Shown: in pieces, positions 12,535-24,170 of the stretch
Layout: the number at the start of each line of letters is the position of its first letter
Numbering within the stretch: the stretch's first letter is position 1
NCBI RefSeq assembly: GCF_046119375.1
Contig: NW_027362765.1
Location: 361,956,001-362,020,000, forward strand
DNA length: 64,000 nucleotides
DNA from: Phyllobates terribilis
Lineage: Eukaryota
Reading direction: 5' to 3'
Notes under the pieces: model-generated
What the model saw: only the letters and a program-made list of their open reading frames with translations
Databases searched by the model: none
Told to the model about the DNA's origin: nothing
Position numbers and translations under genes: made by a program

Positions 12535-15500
12535 ATGGTCTCGGTTCAGGATTTGACTCAACGCTTGCAGGGACTCTCTCTGGAGGTGGCCGAGCTCCAA
12601 CAACACGTGAGTAGCTGTTCTGGAGCGCATTTTGTGGAGCCTAAGGTACGTCTGCCTGATCTATTTTTTGGTGAACAACAAGATTTTTTTTCCTTTAAAA
12701 ATACTTGTGTTATGATCTGCTACAGGGACTAAGGAAAAACAGGAGAACTGTCCCTACAATAGAACTAAACTAGATCCCTACGATGTAATGGGGAACCTGA
12801 TCCTGCGATCAGACCCGCTAAAGTCCTCGGCTAGTCTGAACGAAGACCTATAGATGTGAGGGAGGGATCCCTACAAGAACTAGGGACTGGGATAAGTTGG
12901 ACACCTCCTAGCAGGAATAGTAGCAGTCAAAGACAAACACACAACAAAAAGCATAGAGGTCAGAAGACCTAGCAAAACTAACAGAGAACGGCAACAGAGC
13001 ACCAAGCTAGCTCAAGAGTAGTAAATACAATGAAGTCCAGCAAGACCAGGAGGGCAAAAATGGTCATGTGACCAGCAAACTAAAAAAAACCTAACAGGAG
13101 AGTTCTAACAACTTGTTTGCTGTATTTTTGTTTGAGGCCCAGATCCTCCGGTGATGAATCACAGCGCAAAGGGTTCATAATGTCACTTTTGCGCAAAGAA
13201 CCTCAGGGATGGGCCTTTTCTCTCCAACCTAGTGATCCGTGCTTTAGATCAGTGGATAGGTTTTTTTCTGCTTTGGGGTTGATGATCCTGATCGTGTCTC
13301 ATCTGCTGAGTCTGAATTAAGACGTTTGAGGCAGGGATCAGGTAATGTGGAAAATTATTGTACTCACTTCCGTCAGTGGTCTGCTCAGGTGGGGTGGAAC
13401 AATTCAGCTTTGAAAAGTTTGTTTCTTGCGGGGCTAGGTGAAAGGGTTAAGGATCTGCTGATTGCTTATCCTTCACCTGGAAACTTGCAGGAGGCAATGC
13501 AATTAGCTATACGGGTGGACAGGAGACTGCGTGCAAGGGTTAATGAGAGTAAATCCTCTGCCATGTCAGCTCCGAGTCTTGAGAGGGTCTGTACTGACAT
13601 TGGAGAGCCGATGGAGATTGGGGCGATGTCACCCCGCTCTCAGGAAAAAGACCGCAGATTTTCTGAAGGTTTGTGCTTTTATTGCGGTGGATCTGACCAT
13701 TTCATTAAGAACTGTGTGCTTCGTATGAACAAAGAAAAAAAAAAGGTCAGTTACGCCCGTATAGCCTGTTTAAATACTAAGGGTGTACTTCTTTCTGCTA
13801 CTACCACTGCTCAGGAAGAATTAATTGAATTTCGGGTATTTGTGGATTGTGGTTCTACTCTGAATGTGATTGATGGGGGATTCTTGGAAAAACTTAAATT
13901 AAAACCCAAACCTTTGTCATCCCCTATTGCCGTGGTTTCTGTCGATGGCTCTCCCTTAAAGAGTGTTACTCACAAGGTCTGTGAATTTCCCCTCACTATT
14001 AATGGTATTCACCAAGAGATTTTTGGATTTGGTAGTATTAAATAATTTGCCTTCTCCAGTAGTGTTGGGGTTACCCTGGTTAAAATTGCATAATCCTGTA
14101 CTGGATTGGTCTACCAATGAAATTAAGTCCAGGAGCCCTAAGTGTTATGACAAGTGTTGTAACGGGCGCATTGCTGCTGTGGATAAAGGGGAATTACCTG
14201 TACCTATTCAGGATTTTTGGAAATATTTTTCTGAGAAGGAATCGCAAATTTTGCCTCCCCATAGAGACTATGATTGTACCATTGAATTTGTCCCTGGAGC
14301 GACTCTTCCTAAAAGTCGTTTATTTAATCTTACTATTCCTGAGAGAAAGGCTTTGGAGGAATACATACAGACAAGCTTGGCCGCCGGTCACATTAGGCCT
14401 TCCAAGTCTCCTGTGGCTGTTGGATTTTTTTTTGTAAAAAAAAAAAGATGGCGGTTTACGTCCTTGTCTGGACTTTCGTGAGATTAATAAAATTACTGTA
14501 CGCAATCCTTACCCACTGCCATTGATTCCTGATTTGTTTAACCAGTTAGTGGGGGCCAAGTGGTTCTCTAAAATTGATCTCCGTGGGGCATACAATTTGT
14601 TGCGCATGAAGGAGGGTGATGAATGGAAGACTGCTTTTAACAATCCTGTGGGTCATTTTGAGAATCTGGTTATGCCTTTTGGTCTTACCAATGCTCCAGC
14701 ATTTTTTCAGAATCTTATTAATGACATCCTTAGACCTTTAATCGGCAAAAATGTGGTTGTGTATTTGGATGACATTTTGATTTATTCGCCGGATCTGGAG
14801 TCTCATTGGCGGAGCGTACGTGAGGTATTGCAGTTATTGATTGACAATTCGCTTTTTGCTAAGCTGGAGAAATGTGAGTTCGCTGTACAGAGAATTAGTT
14901 TTTTGGGCTACATTATCTCCAGTGAAGGTTTTGAGATGGACCCGGTTAAAGTTCAAGCTGTGCAGGAATGGCCTAGGCCTATTGGTTTGAAATCGATACA
15001 GAGGTTTTTGGGTTTCGCCAATTATTACAGAAAATTCATAAAAAAAATTTCTATTATTGTCAAACCGCTGACCGATCTCACTAGGAAAGGTGCTAATGCG
15101 GTTCAGTGGACTTCTGAGGCCATTGAAGCTTTTGTGTTTCTAAAGGAGAGGTTCAGTTCTGCTCCCATCCTTATGCAGCCTGATGTGACTAAGCCGTTTT
15201 TGGTTGAGGTTGATGCTTCTTCTGTGGGGGTCGGTGCGGTGTTGTCTCAGAAAAACAAGGATGGAGTACATCCCTGTGCCTTTTTTTCAAAAAAAATTTC
15301 TGAGACTGAACTTAATTACGATATTGGTAATCGGGAATTGCTGGCGATTAAACTCGCATTTGAACACTGGCGTCATCTCTTGGAAGGTGCTGAATTTCCC
15401 ATTCAGGCTTTCACTGATCATAAAAATCTGATCTATCTTGATGCTGCCAAGCACTTGAATGCCCGTCAGGCTAGGTGGGCACTGTTTTTCTCGCGGTTTA

Positions 15501-17005
15501 ATTTTTCCGTTACTTACATCCCGGGTACCAAGAATGTTAAGGCGGATGCTTTGTCTTGCAGCTTTTCTCCCATGGTCGGTGCTGAGGAGGAGGAGAGCAT
15601 TTTACAAGAAGGTGTTGTGATTGCTGCTTTGGACCCCGTTTTGGAGGATGAGATTCTTAAAGCGCAGGAGAATGCCGCATCTAACACTCCCCATGGGAGG
15701 TTGTTTGTGTCTAGGACCTTTAGGAGAGATTTGTTTGTTGAGTGTCATGAGTCTCGGTTGGCAGGTCATCCAGGAATTTCTGAGACCAAGAGACTTGTGG
15801 GTCGCAGTTTTTGGTGGCCTGGATGGCAGAAGGAAGTCATTAAGTGGGTGCGTCAATGTACTGTGTGTGCTAGATCTAAGTCTTCGCATGCTCCTGCTGC
15901 GGGGTTGCTTTGCCCTCTGGAGGTTCCTAGTGCACCTTGGACACATCTGGCTATGGACTTTATTACTGACCTTCCCCCCTCTGAGGGTTTCACGGTCATC
16001 TGGGTGGTCGTGACCGTTTTAGCAAGATGTGTCACTTGGTTCCCTTCATCAAACTGCCTTGCGCTAAGACACTCGCTAAGGCCTTTGTCAAGGAAATTGT
16101 CAGACTACATGGCGTTGCTACTGACATTGTTTCTGATAGGGGACCTCAGTTCGTGGCTCGTTTTTGGCGTGCCTTTTGTGACAGGTTGGGAGTTCATTTG
16201 TCGTTTTCATCCGGATATCATCCTGAGTCTAATGGCCAGACAGAAAGGAAGAACCAGGATGTTGAGCAGTTCTTGCGTTGCTTTGTGGCAGACAATCAAG
16301 AGGGGTGGTCTGAGTTTCTGCCACTTGCTGAATTTGCTCTTAACAACCATACATCCTCTTCTGCTGGGTGTTCGCCTTTTTTTTGTTGTTCTGGGAGACA
16401 TCCGTCTTTTAGGTCATTCTCCAAATTGGTATCGGCTGTGCCTGAGGAGGAGAGTTTTTCCGGTGATTTGGAGAGACTTTGGACGGATGTGCGTGGTAAT
16501 CTTCAGGAGGATAACAAAAAATCTAAGAGGTACTTTGATAGGAAATGGCAAGAGGTTTTGTTTGCTATTGGTGACATGGTTTGGTTGTCCTCTAAGAATC
16601 TGTGATTGAGGATTCTTTCTAAAAAATTGGGTCCCAAGTTTGTAGGGCCCTTTAAGGTGCTTCAGATAGTTAACCAATCTGCTGTTAGGTTGGAGGTTCC
16701 TACCTCCTGGAAGATTAATCCGGTGTTTCATGTTTCTCTGTTGAAAAGAGATGATGTGTCGGATGGTGACGCCTCTGCCACTGTTCCTCCGGTGGTGGAG
16801 GACGGGGAAATATGAAATTTCCTGCATCCTAAATTCTAGACGGTATAGAGGGAGTTTGCAGTATCTCGTCGCTTGGAAGGGTTTCGGACCAGAGGATAAC
16901 TCATGGGTGAGGGCGGATGATGTTTCTGCTTCCAGACTTGTCAGAGCGTTTCACAGGAGGTTTCCTGATAAGCCCGGGACTAGGGGATCCGGAGGATCCT
17001 CTTAG
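12535..17005 (+). pseudogene. gag-pol: Disrupted gag-pol of family A element
   Basis: Motifs: CCHC knuckle CFYCGGSDHFIKNC, protease [18 protein letters not shown], RNase H VEVDAS, integrase HHCC and AMDFITDLP, chromodomain [15 protein letters not shown]. Multiple frameshifts, and gag is split by a solo LTR. Confidence 0.93.
12708..13110 (-). mobile_element. Solo LTR of family A inserted antisense into family A gag
   Basis: Diverged reverse complement of the host LTR. 5-bp TSD ACTTG at 12703-12707 and 13111-13115. Removing it restores the gag frame FKNTCLLYFCLRP. Confidence 0.93.
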
Positions 17006-17670
17006 AGGAGGGGGTACTGTTAGAACTCTCCTGTTAGGTTTTTTCTAGTTTGCTGGTCACATGACCTTTTTGGCCTATTTAATCCTGCTCCGCCCTCCTG
17101 GCCTTGCTGGACTTCATTGTAATTTCTACTCTTGAGCTAGCTTGGTGCTCTGTTACCTTTCTCAGTCAGTTTTGCTAGGTCTTCGGACCTCTATGTTCTA
17201 TGTTGTTTGTTTGTCTTGTTTCTGCTACAATTTCTGCTAGGAGGTGTCCATCTTTCTCCCAGTCCCTAGTTCTTGTAGGGATCCCTTCCTCACATCTATA
17301 GGTCTTCGTTCAGACTAGCCGAGGACTTTAGCGGGTCTGATCGCAGGATCAGGTTCCCCGTTACATCGTAGGGATCCAGCTTAGTTCTATTGTAGGGACA
17401 GTTCTCCTGTCTTTCCTTAGTGCTTGTAGCAGATCATAACACCCATAGTCTTTGCCTATGCCTTCTAAGCAAAAGCTGCCAAAAATTAGGACGGAGGAAC
17501 TTGCAATGCTGGCAACACGAACCACGGTCACCCTGGTGGAATAGTGGTGGTGGAGGCTGAGGATAAGGAGAAGAGTAAAATACAGCCGAAATGAGGAAGC
17601 GTATACCCATGTGTGGGTGTGAAGCGGTGCATGGGAATACACCTCCCGAAACAACACAGTGGATTTGACT

Positions 17671-20470
17671 TTATGTTACTCTGCTGTCATTTGGTGGTGA
17701 TGAGAAGTCTGGCCCAATCCAGCCCTTGTTCATTTTGATAAGGGTCAGCTTGTCAGCATTGTCAGTTGACAGGCGAGTGCGCTTATCAGTTATAATTCCC
17801 CCAGCGGCACTAAAAACACGCTCCGATAACAGGCCAGGACCTCCAAGGCGTACATAGCGAGTTCATTCCAAGTGTCCAGCTTGGATACCCAATAATTAAA
17901 AGGCACAGAGGAATCACGGAGGACGCTGCTACGGTCGGCAAGGTACTCCCTCACCATCTTTTGAAACTTTCCACTCCTTGTGAGAGTACCCCGCGCCTCA
18001 GGGCCTGTAAGCTGGGCGGGTCTCAGAAAACTGTCCCAGAATGTTGACAGTGTTCCCCTGCCTCTGCTGGATTGGAGTTGCGTCTCTCTTGCCTGTACGC
18101 CTTGGTTGGTCAACGAACTGTGACCTCTGCCGCTAGCGTGCACAGATGGGAATTTTTTAACAGTTCTGCAGCAAGGGCCTTCTGGTACTGCCCCATTTTT
18201 GTAGACCTCTCCACCTCAGGAATAAGAGAGTGAAAGTTCTCCTTGTAGCGGGGGTCTAAAAGTGTCACCAACCAGTAATGACTGTCACCCAACATTTTGA
18301 CAACGCGAGGGTCACGGTTAAGGCAGCGTAACATAAAGTCATCCATGCGTGCCAGACTGGTAACGGGCAAGACTTCCGTGTCCTCACCAAGATGACGACT
18401 GACCATGCTCTCCTCCTCCTCCCCCCTGTCCTCAGGCCACCCACGCTGTACAGGTACTACCGTCTACAGCGCATGATACCAGCTCCTGTTCTTCCTCCTT
18501 CTCCTCCTCTCCCTCATTGTCCCCCAATGCACGTTGGGATGAGATGAGGCTGGGCTGTGTGTATTCGCCCATTACGGGTTCTTGATCCATCTCATGATAC
18601 TCTGGCTGCAATGCCTCCTCTTTAATTCTCAGCAGAGAGCGTTGCAAAAGACAGACAAGTGGGATGCTGACGCTAATGATGGCGTCATCGCCACTCACCG
18701 TCTTGGTGGACTCCTCAAAGTTTGTCAGGATGGTACATATGTCAGACATCCAGGTCCACTCCTGAGGTCTTATGTGTGGAGTCTGACCTGAATATCGACG
18801 GCCTTGTTGCAGCTGGTACTCCACAACTGCTCTCTTCTGCTCACAAATCCTTTGCAACATGTGGAGGGTAGAGTTCCAACGTGTGGGGACATCACACACC
18901 AGTCGGTGTGCCGGAAGCTGCAAATGCTGCTGCAACACAGCAAGGGCGGTGGAAGCTGTAGCCGACTTGCGAAAATGAGATGACAGGCGGCGTACTTTGA
19001 CGAGCAGATCTGGCAACTCGGGGTACGATTTAAGAAACTGCTGAACCACGAGGTTAAGCACATGAGCCAGGCATGGTACGTGTGTGATCTCGCCTCGCCT
19101 CAGAGCCGCCACCAGGTTACGGCCATTGTCACACACGACCATGCCTGGATGTAGGTTCAGTAGTCTCAGCCACAGATCTGCCTGCTCTTTCACAACTGTC
19201 CACAACTCACAAGCAGTGTGAGGTTTATCACCTAAGCTTATGAGTTTCAGCACAGCCTGTTGCTGCTTGGCTGAGGCAGTACTGCAGTGCTTCCAGCTTG
19301 TAACTGATGTGGTGATATCTGAGATGGAGGCTGAACATGAGGAGGAGGAGGAGGAGGATGATGCGCAGTAGCTGTACACTGTGGGGGCAACTCTGACTGA
19401 CATAGGGCCCGCAATCCTCGGTGTGGGGAGGATGTGTTCCATCCCAAGGTCCGACTTGGTCCCGGCTTCCACTATGTTTACCCAGTGTGCCGTCAGGGAG
19501 ATGTACCGTCCCTAGCCACAAGCACTTGTCCACGTGTCCGTTGTCAGGTGGACTCTCCCAGTAACTGCGTTGTTGAGGGCACGGCAGATGTTTTGGGACA
19601 CATGCTTGTGTCGTGCGGGGATGGCACACCGGGCAAAATAGTGTCGGCTGGGGACCGAGTACCAAGGGATGGCCACCGCCATAAGGTTGCGGAAGGATTC
19701 CGTCTCTACCAGCCTAAAAGGCAGCATTTCCAATGCAAGCAGTCATGAAATGTGCGAATTTAGGACTGTGGCCTGTGGGGCATTGGCTGCGAATTTGCGC
19801 TTTCGTTCAAAGGTCTGGGATGTGGACAACTGAACGCTGCGGTGGGACGTGGACGTGGACGTTGATGCTGTTTCTTGAGAAACTGCCATAACAAGTGAAG
19901 ACTGAGAGGAGGGGGCATCTTTGCATGCAGTATGGACAGGGGGTTGCCTTGCACGCACAACAGGGGTTCTATTACACGCACAACAGTGGAAGAAGCAGTG
20001 GTGACACCCGCTGACACTGGTCGTGGACCCTGGGGTTCGCCCCACAAAGTCGGGTGCTTTGCTGCCTTGTGCCTGATCATGCTGGTGGTGGTCAGGCTGG
20101 TTGTTTTGTCACCCCTGCTGTTGCTGGCATGGCAGGTGGTACAAATGACCTTTTTTGGGGCTATCAGCAGAGTCTTTAAAAAAATTCCCGACTCTGGAAG
20201 ACCTACCGGTTGTACTGGCAACGTCCCTCGTGTTGGTGTTACATGGAGCTATTGCCCGCCTTCTGTGTGCGGCCACCACACTGCTTTTTCCTGCCTGTTG
20301 GGGTACTCTGCCTCCCTCCCCCTGTGTGCTGCTGGCCTCGCTCTGCGTGTCCTCCTGCCATGTTGGGTCAGTTACTTTATCATCCACCACCCCCTCCTCT
20401 TCCACTTGCGCACCACGATCCTCCTCCTCACTTCATGGCAATTGTGTCTCGTCATCGTTCACCTCTTGTG
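17671..20470 (-). pseudogene. hAT transposase with BED zinc finger and hATC dimerisation domain (ZBED-like), frameshifted
   Basis: BED-like FFKDSADSPKKVICTTCH..MIRHKAAKHP, then VHLTTDTWTS (D), VCDNGRN (D), CLAHVLNL, VPTRWNSTLHML, and C-terminal YWVSKLDTWNELAMYALEVLAC..LSERVFSAAG (E). A small deletion precedes the SERVFS motif. Confidence 0.92.
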
Positions 20471-20777
20471 ACAAATTGTAAATGAAGTAAAATAGCTTAC
20501 ACTCGCACTATCAATGGAAAAAGGGTAATAAAAAGGAGATTAGAACCGTGGAAGAGGAAAACCACAGTTCTATTTGTCTGGCCTACACCAGAATCTTTTA
20601 AACAGATATATTGGTGTCTGACCAGTCAGGGAGACACTATTACAGTTTTTTTTTTACGGCAAAAAATGCCAAAAGCAGGATAATACAGAGATTTGACCCG
20701 TGGAACTGGAAAACCACAGTTCTATTTCTCTGGCCTACACCAGACTCTTTTAAACAGATATATTAGTGTCTGACCAG

Positions 20778-21754
20778 TGCTGTTCACAGGTACCACAGGA
20801 CCCAAAAGGGTGCATGGATGGGCTTCTCCACAAGAGGCCCTCATTACCAGAGGGAGCCCGATAGGGATATATATATGGAGGGTGGAGCCAGGCAGTTCAG
20901 TCAGACAGAGTCAGAGAGTCTGAGAGCGTGCTGGCACTGAGACCAGTGAAGACGCAGCACGTGTGCTGCTGAATGGAGGGCCCCGAGTGTGGCCGGAGGC
21001 AAAGAGTAGAGGAGAGAGGAGTTGAGGGGGCAGAGGAGCATCATAGGCTCACCCCAAGACACAAACCGGACACCGGGTCCGCGCCTACAGGGTCCTCTAT
21101 ACCCAGTAGGGATCACCGGCATACCAGAAGGACTACAAGTCCCTGGTCGACCTGAAGCTAAACCCTTGACAGGACTAGGAACCATGAAGGCCCCGGCGTC
21201 CAGGGATAGTGGTTGCCAGGAAAAGGTCCGACTACCAGGCGACAGGTGAAGAAACAGCACGACACAGAAGCTAGGCCTAGTTGCAGGCTGGCCAGGAGCT
21301 TAGAGAGAGTTAGACACGGACCAGGAGGCCTTATACCCGCTCACTGGGGAGAAGTCCTGAAGTGCACCCTTCCTACCGAGTACCCTGGACCGTACCTGAC
21401 ATCCGCACCAGTAAATGTACTGAAGTGAATCCCCTGTCTCTGTCAGTTACTCATGCTGCGCCATCTCTCCTGCACTGCAAGCCCCAACATCACCACCATC
21501 TGCACCTGCCGGGGGCCCGCTCCACCTGTGGGGAGCAGGAACATCCCAGCTGCCATCCCATCACCCCCCGGAGGTCTGCAGCAGCGCCGGTAACCATTAC
21601 CGGAAACCACAGGTGGCGTCATGAGACAAACTGTACACTAAAACCCCTTTTTAAAGAGAGACCCAGAGTACGGGCCCGGGAGCCGACTGCTGTGACCTCC
21701 TAAACAAGGTAAAAGGCCCGGGTACTGAGTCCCCTATATTCCCCCTGGGTGACA
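20778..21754 (+). mobile_element. 5'-truncated solo LTR, probably related to the 40131-44926 LTR group
   Basis: Interrupts a roughly 130-bp tandem repeat of the hAT. Ends GGGTGACA. Contains a TATA-like tract, AGTAAA and CACAGGTGGCGTCA like the related LTRs. The left TSD is lost. Confidence 0.55.
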
Positions 21755-22435
21755 CAGAGACACTATTACAGTTTTTTTTTATGGCAAAAAATGCCAAAAG
21801 CAGGATAATACAGAGGTTTTAACCGTGGAACTGCAAAACCACAGTTCTATTTCTCTGGCCTACACCAGACTCTTTTAAACAGATATATTGGTGTCTGAAC
21901 AGTCACAGACACACTCAATTTTTTTTTGGAGGGGGGGAAATACCAAAAGGTTAATAAGACGCGTATTTGTACAGTCTGACTGAGGAAAAGAAAAAAAAAA
22001 GGATTTAGATGAAAAAAAAAGGATTTTTCCTGGCCCCTGAGACCGGGGGATAAGTCTAGCAATTTGACCAACAGGAGCACACAGGACTGTAATGCAGCGT
22101 TTGCTGGTATAACCACTGCGTCTCCTATACAGCCTGCCTGCCTGTCTGCCTGATATCTGGGATGGATATTGTGGTGCCCCTGAGGGTTCAGTCGCCACAG
22201 GGGTACTGCATCTCTTTAATGAGGTGTAGTATCTCTCCTTTGAGGTAAGGATGGTGCAGCCAGGGGTGGATTAAGAGTAGCAAGGGCCCCGGGCAGTTTA
22301 GAAGGCACGGGCCCCCCCCACACACACACACACCTGATGTATCACGTGACATGTCACATGATCCCCTGTGATAGATCATGTGATAGTTCACGTGAAATTA
22401 ATTTGGCACAATATTAATTATAATAATTTTTTTTA

Positions 22436-23246
22436 GGCTGTGTGCCCACTGCGCGTTTTTTAAGCGTTTCCGCAGCGGCAATTCCGCTGCAGAAACGCCT
22501 AAAAAACGCTTGGTAGAAGGTCTGCCATGTTCCCCAATGATAATCCGCATGTGCTGCGGATTATCATTGCGGAAAAATCCGCAGCACTACCAATTATTTT
22601 GTGGAAGCGCTGCGTTTTCGCCGCCATTCACTTGCATTGGAACACATGGAATCCGCATCACTGCATCTGTACATGCAGAATCCATGCGTTTCAATGTGCG
22701 GATGGTACCCGGGTCTGGAGAAGAGGAGACTCTCCTCCAGACCCCCCCCCCCCCTACCATAGAACCTGTAAAAAAAGAATAAAATAAAAAATAAATATTA
22801 TACTTACCTTCTGATGGCCCCCGGTGTCTTTATCCGATGCGTCCTGGCTTGCCGGCAGCTCGCGATGGTCTGAAAAGGACCTGTGGTGACGTCATTTAGT
22901 CATGTGACGGGTCACGCGACCGCTGACGTCGGCAGGCCATCAGAAGGTAAGTATATATTTATTTTTTACCATTCTTTTACGGTCACACTATATATGCCGG
23001 TTCCATGGATTTATATAGTGTGATCAAGTTGTCAAGTACTTTCCAAGTGATGCTAAAATCGCCTGGAAAGTGCTTGTCAACCCGCATGCGGAAATGCATG
23101 TGAAGAACGCTTCACATCCGCATGTCCCTGGAAGGAAAAACGCATGTACAATCCGCATGTACAATCCGCATGCGTTTTTTCTGCCAGGGAGATGCAGAAA
23201 CGCTCAAAAAAAATCCGGAGCATTTCTGCATCGTGGGCACATAGCC
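22436..23246. mobile_element. PIF/Harbinger-type MITE
   Basis: TIRs GGCTGTGTGCCCAC / GTGGGCACATAGCC (13/14). TTA TSD on both sides. Confidence 0.85.
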
Positions 23247-23279
23247 TTACATTAATTGTATGACTCAATATTGAGCACA

Positions 23280-23905
23280 CGTAGCCATCTATACACAGCA
23301 GGAGGCCGCACGTAGTAGCCATCTATACACAGCAGGAGGCCGCACGTAGTAGCCATCTATACACAGCAGGAGGCCACACGTAGTAGCCATCTCTACACAG
23401 CAGAGAGCCACACGGTGCCATCTCTACACAGCGGGGGGCCGCACGGTGCCATCTACACACAGCGGGGGGCCGCACAGGACCATCTACACACAGCGGGAGG
23501 CCGCACGGAGCCATATATACACAGCGGGAGGCCGCACAGAGCCATCTATACACAGCGGGAGGCCGCAAGGAGCCATCTATACACAGCGGGAGGCCGCACG
23601 GAGCCATCTATACACAGCGGGAGGCCGCACGGAGCCATCTATATACAGCGGGAGGCCGCACGGAGCCATCTATACACAGCGGGAGGCCGCACGGAGCCAT
23701 CTATACACAGCGGGAGGCCGCACGTAGCCATTTATACACAGCAGGGAGCCGCACTGTGCCATCTATACACAGCAGGGAGCCGCACGGTGCCATCTATACA
23801 CAGCGGGAGGCCGCACGGAGCCATCTATACACAAGCGGGAGGCCGCACGGTGCCATCTATACACAGCAGGGAGCCGCACGGTACCATCTATACACAGCGG
23901 GAGGC
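23280..23905. repeat. About 31-bp minisatellite (CCATCTATACACAGCGGGAGGCCGCACGGAG)
   Basis: Directly visible tandem units inside the non-autonomous hAT. Confidence 0.92.
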
Positions 23906-24095
23906 TGCACGGCGCCCCCCCCCCAGAGACAGCAGGGGGCCGCACGGCGCCATCTATACTCAGCAGGAGGATGCACGCAGTCACGCACGCACTTACGCAC
24001 ACAAACAAACATATACAGACATATACATAGACGCATAAACACATTTGAAACACAAAAATACATATAAACAGACATCACACAATGATATCTGCCTG

Positions 24096-24170
24096 CACAC
24101 ACATACATACTTACATACACACACACACACACAGACACACACAGACACACACACACACACACACACTCAC
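24096..24170. repeat. (CA)n microsatellite
   Basis: Interrupted CA dinucleotide run. Confidence 0.95.

Larger units (their letters stand above)
12061..17441 (+). mobile_element. Ty3/Gypsy chromoviral (Tf1/sushi-type) LTR retrotransposon, family A, full length but decayed
   Basis: 424-bp TG..CA LTRs at 12061-12484 and 17018-17441 (about 3 substitutions by eye). 5-bp TSD CCCAT. PPT AGAGGAGGGGG just before the 3' LTR. Internal gag-PR-RT-RH-IN-chromodomain remnants. Confidence 0.96.
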
